Positions 58,711-64,000 of a stretch of DNA of 64,000 bases are shown here, one piece after another. The DNA is from Macrostomum lignano (lineage: Eukaryota), in the NCBI GenBank assembly GCA_002269645.1, contig NIVC01003424.1, positions 1 through 64,000 of the forward strand, read 5' to 3'. The notes beneath the pieces were generated by a model. The model searched no databases and was not told the DNA's origin. It worked only from the letters and a program-made list of their open reading frames with translations. Every line of letters begins with the position of its first letter. Positions within the stretch are counted from its first letter, which is position 1. Made by a program: the position numbers and the translations under genes.

Positions 58711-58970
58711 GGGCCTTTTCATATTACCAATTCCAGAACCAGAATCGGTTTGGAATTCCAAGAAAAACAGCAGTATAACTATTAAACTCTGTTAATATTT
58801 GACTGCCTTAACAACCTCACTTAGCACAATTTTTAACATTCTTTTTGGCGATTGTCATTCAATAATAAAAACTTTATAGCACGTATATCCCTCTAGTTAT
58901 GGAGACTAAAAGTTATACTTCACAAATTGGTTCTGGTTCTGGAACCAGAACAAGCAATATGAAAAGGCCC
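58711..58970. mobile_element. PIF/Harbinger-like MITE (260 bp)
   Basis: TIR GGGCCTTTTCATATT / AATATGAAAAGGCCC with a 3-bp direct flank ATT on both sides. Confidence 0.75.
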
Positions 58971-59502
58971 ATTGACACGTCAAAATTGTTTACGGAAAAA
59001 AATTACGAGTCAAATTAAGTCAAAAACTACAACAAATACCACAAACATTAGAAAATGTAATCGCTAAATTTAAGTAAAAATGTTTTGTTTTGGTTCATGA
59101 AACTAGCAAAATTAAAATAAATGGCTAGTCCAGATAAAAAACCTTCAAACTGTTTTAAAATAGCGCGTGAGTTCAGAAGTTTTCGTGTGTTCAAAATTCA
59201 ATTATTGCTTAATTTATGAACATCATTCGGCCAGGCCCCTTAAACAACATTTTCAGCGTTTCCAATGCTAGGGTTTAGAGCGTACAAATCTTTAAAAAGT
59301 TCAAAGCATACATGCGCAACTGCTGGCCGACCTAGCCGTGGCCGATCCAGCCACTATAAATTGTGGTAGACCAGGGGTAAGTCGCAAAAATGCCCACCGC
59401 CGTTTAAATCAAATTGCATTGATTTCGCTTTAGTGTTTCCCTTATAGGTAGGGTAAGTTGCATTTTTGTTCAAAAAATAAGTTGCATAGCCAATGTAAAT
59501 CA

Positions 59503-60657
59503 ATTGGCATTCCTTCGGTTTACGATCATTGAAATTAGTGACGATCCCCATTGGAGAGTCGGAGAGATAGGGAAGATACAAAAGTGTTGTTTATTTCTTC
59601 AACTTGCAAAACAGTTGACAAGCACTGCAATCCTTTTTATTTATACATCATAACACAAGTAGCACGCATGTTTGAATAAAAAAGAAGGTGGATTTTTAGT
59701 GATCCATTTCACCGCTCCAAGAATCCAAAGACGATCCTATATATCCACTTCGGTTTATGATCATTTAAATGGGAGTAATACATGTAAATGATCGTGAACC
59801 AAAGCTAGCCATGTATTGAGATAGCTACAAGCTTTATCTGAAATCAAGCCCTATCTCGATACATGGCTAGCTTCGGTTCACAATCATTTACATGTATTAC
59901 TCCCATTTAAATGATTGTAAACCGAAGCTGAGAGGGGGTGCCAGCGTGCAGAGAATAATAAAGTGTCAAGTTACTTAGCAGTGCACATTAACTCAAGACA
60001 TTTTAATCGCCAACAAGTCCCACCAGTTGAACTAATAACTATGACTATACATGTCTTCAACACCCTCCCCTCAGCTTCGGTTCACAATCATTTACATGCA
60101 TTGCTTCCATTTAAATGATCGTAAACCGAAGTGGATATATAGGATCCCGCGTCTTCTTAGATTCATTTTTTGGAAATTGAAATCATGCACTAACCCCCTT
60201 AACTGTCTCGATACATGGCTAGCTTCGGTTCACGATCATCTATATGTATTACTCCCATTTAAATGATTGTAAACCGAAGTGGATATATAGGATTGTCTTC
60301 TTGGATTCATTTTTGGAAATTGAATTCATGCACTAACCCTCTCAACTAGCTATCTCAATACATGGCTAGCTTTGGTTCACAATCATTTACATGTATTGTT
60401 TCCATTTAAATGATCGTAAACCAAAGTAGATATATAGGATCCTTGTCATTGCCATCGCAATGCCATGAAAGTAACCATTTGTTGGCTATTCTGTTCAGTT
60501 TTTCTAATAGGCCTATGTAACATATAAGCTTAGTTAGTTTAACAATTTTGTTTATTTCAAGTAAGCTACAATCATTTATATGGAAAATTACATGGGGATG
60601 GGGATCGTGAACCGAAATGTACGTGGAAAAATGATCATAAACCAAAGGAATGCCAAT
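59503..60657. mobile_element. Foldback element with an internal array of ~60-bp hairpins
   Basis: TIR ATTGGCATTCCTTCGGTTTACGATCATT / AATGATCATAAACCAAAGGAATGCCAAT. Five CTTCGGTT.AC.ATCATTT...AAATGAT.GT.AACCGAAG hairpins inside. Confidence 0.75.
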
Positions 60658-61000
60658 CAATTAAGGGGTTGCCTGTATGGCTCAAAGCCAAAATATTTAA
60701 AAATTGGACCTGGGACAAGACATAGGCCTAACAAGCAAGGGGACTATTATGTATAGGCCTACTTAAGCTCATAAGGTGGAGTCCCTATTGTCCCCTTGCT
60801 TCATTGCTTATTCTTTTCTATCAATCTAAAGTCTAATTTATGTAATCTTTTTTGCCAAATCTAGCTTCCTGGTGTCACTATGAACATAATGAATTATCAT
60901 TTGACATTTGTATAATATAGGTTAATTCAGGCTCAACTTTTTAAAGCTTAAGTTGATACAATTGATAAGCCTAGGCCTTTTCTTATCTGTATCCTATGTA

Positions 61001-61590
61001 GGCAATGACAGTGCCTATTTGTCCGGTATTGCCATATCGGATGAATAAATTTAACTATTATTTGTCCAGTACCAGATATAAAAGTAATCATAATTTTTTA
61101 TGATTAGATGGTGCTGTTTCTCAGAAATTCTAGAACTTTAGGCAAAAAATACTTGGGCATAGTCTACACCTCATTGCCTGATCTAGCAGTTTTGTATAAC
61201 TTTTACCTTTATTATATTTCATTCTATACATATCTGTATGTTTTGGTTTCACAGTAAACAGTAGTCATCGTACAATCAAAATTAATAATGACATTTGTTG
61301 CTTTATAACACAAATGTTAAAGTAAGGACTTTGAGTTATTACAATAACAATTGGAGTTCTTACAATAAAAAAGTGGAATCATCACTACAGATTTGAACTC
61401 AGTATTGACTGATCATCAAGAAGACACTCTAACATCACGCTAGTGTATTTTGCTAGAAAAGATGCGTAGAGTGGCATATAAATTCATGCAGCCCAGCTGG
61501 TATCAAACAAAAAACTTCACTATTATTTATCCGGTACCAGACAAATAATATTACTTTTATTTATCCAGTACCAGACAAACAGTCATTGCC
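61001..61590. mobile_element. MITE-like element with GGCAATGAC termini and subterminal repeats
   Basis: GGCAATGAC...TTTGTCCGGTA vs TACCAGACAAA...GTCATTGCC. TSD unclear (GTA/ATA). Confidence 0.5.
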
Positions 61591-63414
61591 ATATTGGCAT
61601 ATAAAAACCTAGAATAAAACAAAACATCATAAACAAAAACTGTTTGTTCAAACTGACATAATACAGCTATGCTTAGGACCTATATTTTTTTGACTTTAAT
61701 TCTTTGTTTTATTAAAACTAGTCTTTGAGCCCTTAAAAATGGCTATTTGGCCTCTGCTCTAAAATGCCAATTATAGAATAATTAGAACAATTAGAATAAC
61801 TATAGTCTATAACTTGCATAATTGAGTGACAAACAATAATAAATTTATATTATAACTTATATTTTTTATATATATCAAAGACAATTTTGGTTATAGATAG
61901 TCAAGTTTAAATGTTTTTAACTATAAACACTATGATGTTTTAAATTGTTTTAATTGAAGTCCTATTATTTTCTTTTTAAAAATACCTCATAATATAAATT
62001 AAAAATGGTAAGCCTATAAAGTATAATAAAGACAATTAAAGTATTATATTGCAAAAGACGTATGATAACTGTTGGCCCAACAAGCAGTATAATGTCAATC
62101 AAATCAGAGATAAAAAGTATCTTTATTATTCTAGCAAAATTTTTGTTGCTTAACATAGACATAACATAGACTTAACATAAATAGAAAACAAAGGAAAGCC
62201 CTAGGATTTTTTTTACTCTATTGGTCTTGGTCATTGGTGATAATAGTTAAGATCCTAGTCAAACTCAAATTGTCAATTGGCATTTTGTCAATTAGGAAGC
62301 CATTGCCTCCTCAATATTGAGCCTAGGGAGAGATTTTAAATCAATATAGCCCTATTAGAATCATTATAGTCTATATATAATATAACTATATAATATCAAT
62401 TTGAAAATATTTTATATTTTATTTAAAATTGATAGCATAGGCCTATTATTATGTTTATTGCCCTGCACCTAAGTCACAATCATATCAATTATTTATTATG
62501 AAATAAGAATATTATTTTATTATAATTTTATCAGCAGTTAATTACATGTATTCAACTGATCAATAATTAAAGTATAAGTTTTCATTCTTAATCATTAGAA
62601 AAGTAATGACACAATGGCACTAATTTTAAAATTCTTCTGTTTGAAAGGTGCAATCTGCCTTTTTGCATTAAAGTTCCATTGGTCAAGAAGGCTTTTTCTA
62701 ATAAGTTTATCTGTTAAGTAATTTAAAAAACTAAAATGAAAATTCTTACAAGACTTTGTTTTCACTTGGGTTTAAAAAGATGCCATGCAATGCAAGGCAA
62801 TAAACAAATTAATGAATTAATTTGGTGTTAGTCATTGCACTATTGTCGGTGGTTTCATTTACTCTTGCATTTACCTTGGGTTATTGTCTGCCACTAAGCA
62901 GTCCCCTTCTCTTTGGTCAGCCTATTCTCCTGTCTTCTCCTTTTTCTCTGGGCTTTTGTTTATAGCCACAGGCATCTTTGTTATGGTATGCTTTTGGTTC
63001 ATTCCATTTCTAAGGTCATGGCTAGTGGCCTATTTAGTAGTAGTAGTTCCTTTATTATGTGAGCTAATCATATGGTAAGCCTTGTTTTCTTGGAGCCCAA
63101 AGTGCAGTAAACATGTTTACTGCATTTGTTGGCCTATGTTTATAGGGGAATCTTGTGTCCTAAGACCTTTGCCTTCTCTAAGTTTTTAAGGTGGGGGATG
63201 AAATCCATATACTAAAAATCTAGTATACTAAACATGAAAAATTTCTTAGTTGCTTGCTTGCTTGTATGTAGTCAATTATTTCCCAAATAGCTCAACCAAT
63301 TTTTTGCAATTTCTTCACTATAAGATATCAAATATGCCTAAAACAATAATGTTATATCAAATAATACTTAAAATACCACTAATTGACAAAAATGTTGTCA
63401 ACTATAGGGTAGAA

Positions 63415-64000
63415 AGGCTAGAGGCAAACTTAAGAGGGCAGAGAGGCAGACTCAAGGTGACAGAAAGGCAGACTCAAGAGGGCAGAGAGGTGAACTCAAG
63501 AGGGCAGAGACAGAGAGACAGACTCAAAGGAGCAAAGAGGTAGACAAGGAGGCAAAGAAGCAGACTCAAGGGGGCAGAGAGGGAGACTCAAGGGGATAAA
63601 GAGGCAGATTCAAGGGGGCAGAGAGGCAGACTCAAGGGGGCAGAAAGGCAGACTCAAGAGGGCAGAAAGGTGGACTCAAGAGGGCAGAGATAGAAAGACA
63701 GACTCAAGGGGGGCAGAGAGGTAGACAAGGGGCAAAGAGGTAGACAAGGGGGCAAAAAAGCAGACTCAAGGGGGCACAGAGGGAGACTCAAGGGGCAGAG
63801 GCAGACTTAAGGGGGCAGAAAGGCAGACTCAAGAGGGCAGAGAGGTAGATTCAAAGGGCAGAGACAAAGAGACAGACTCAAGGGGGCAGAGAGGTAGACA
63901 AGGGGGCAAAGAAGCAGGCTCAAGGGGGCAGAAAGGGAGACTCAAGGGGATAAAGAGGCAGATTCAAGGGGCAGAGAGGCAGACTTAAGGGGCAGAGAGG
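63415..64000. repeat. Purine-rich ~21-22-bp minisatellite (runs off the window end)
   Basis: AGACTCAAGGGGGCAGAGAGGC and variants. Confidence 0.92.

Noticed and set aside
1-64000. Taxon guess (a free-living flatworm such as Macrostomum, from the 150-bp satellite and GC-rich, intron-poor genes)
   Set aside because: Based on recollection only. The sequence supports no more than an invertebrate-like animal; a phylogeny of PSMC1, GPN1 or COG8 would decide.

Overview
Eukaryotic, animal-like genomic DNA with spliceosomal introns; no prokaryotic features or CRISPR. Positions 1-7950 are a highly homogeneous 150-bp satellite carrying three co-amplified copies of one ~450-bp solo LTR. Positions 8-22 kb are a transposon graveyard: a foldback/MULE element, a mariner, a decayed Penelope-like retroelement, a hAT MITE and a FLYWCH-MULE remnant. 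Positions 22.8-48.3 kb hold four conserved genes: intronless PSMC1 (+), 3-exon GPN1 (+), a KLHL2/3-type kelch gene (+) and 3-exon COG8 (-). Their introns and spacers contain a 2.8-kb mini-Polinton/Maverick, a probable solo LTR, several MITE/foldback elements, a tRNA-SINE and a truncated Phantom-type MULE. Positions 48.4-64 kb are AT-rich decayed repeats, including a PHD-finger MULE, MITEs, hairpin arrays and minisatellites. The most notable signals are (i) near-total CpG loss plus apparent CpA>TpA decay confined to old repeats while exons stay CpG-rich, (ii) the non-autonomous Polinton with PC4-like and integrase remnants, (iii) LTR capture into a growing higher-order satellite, and (iv) a tandem three-hairpin repeat whose stems are kept while a loop changes. 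All calls come from manual reading and translation; no database searches were run. Boundaries of degenerate elements are approximate.
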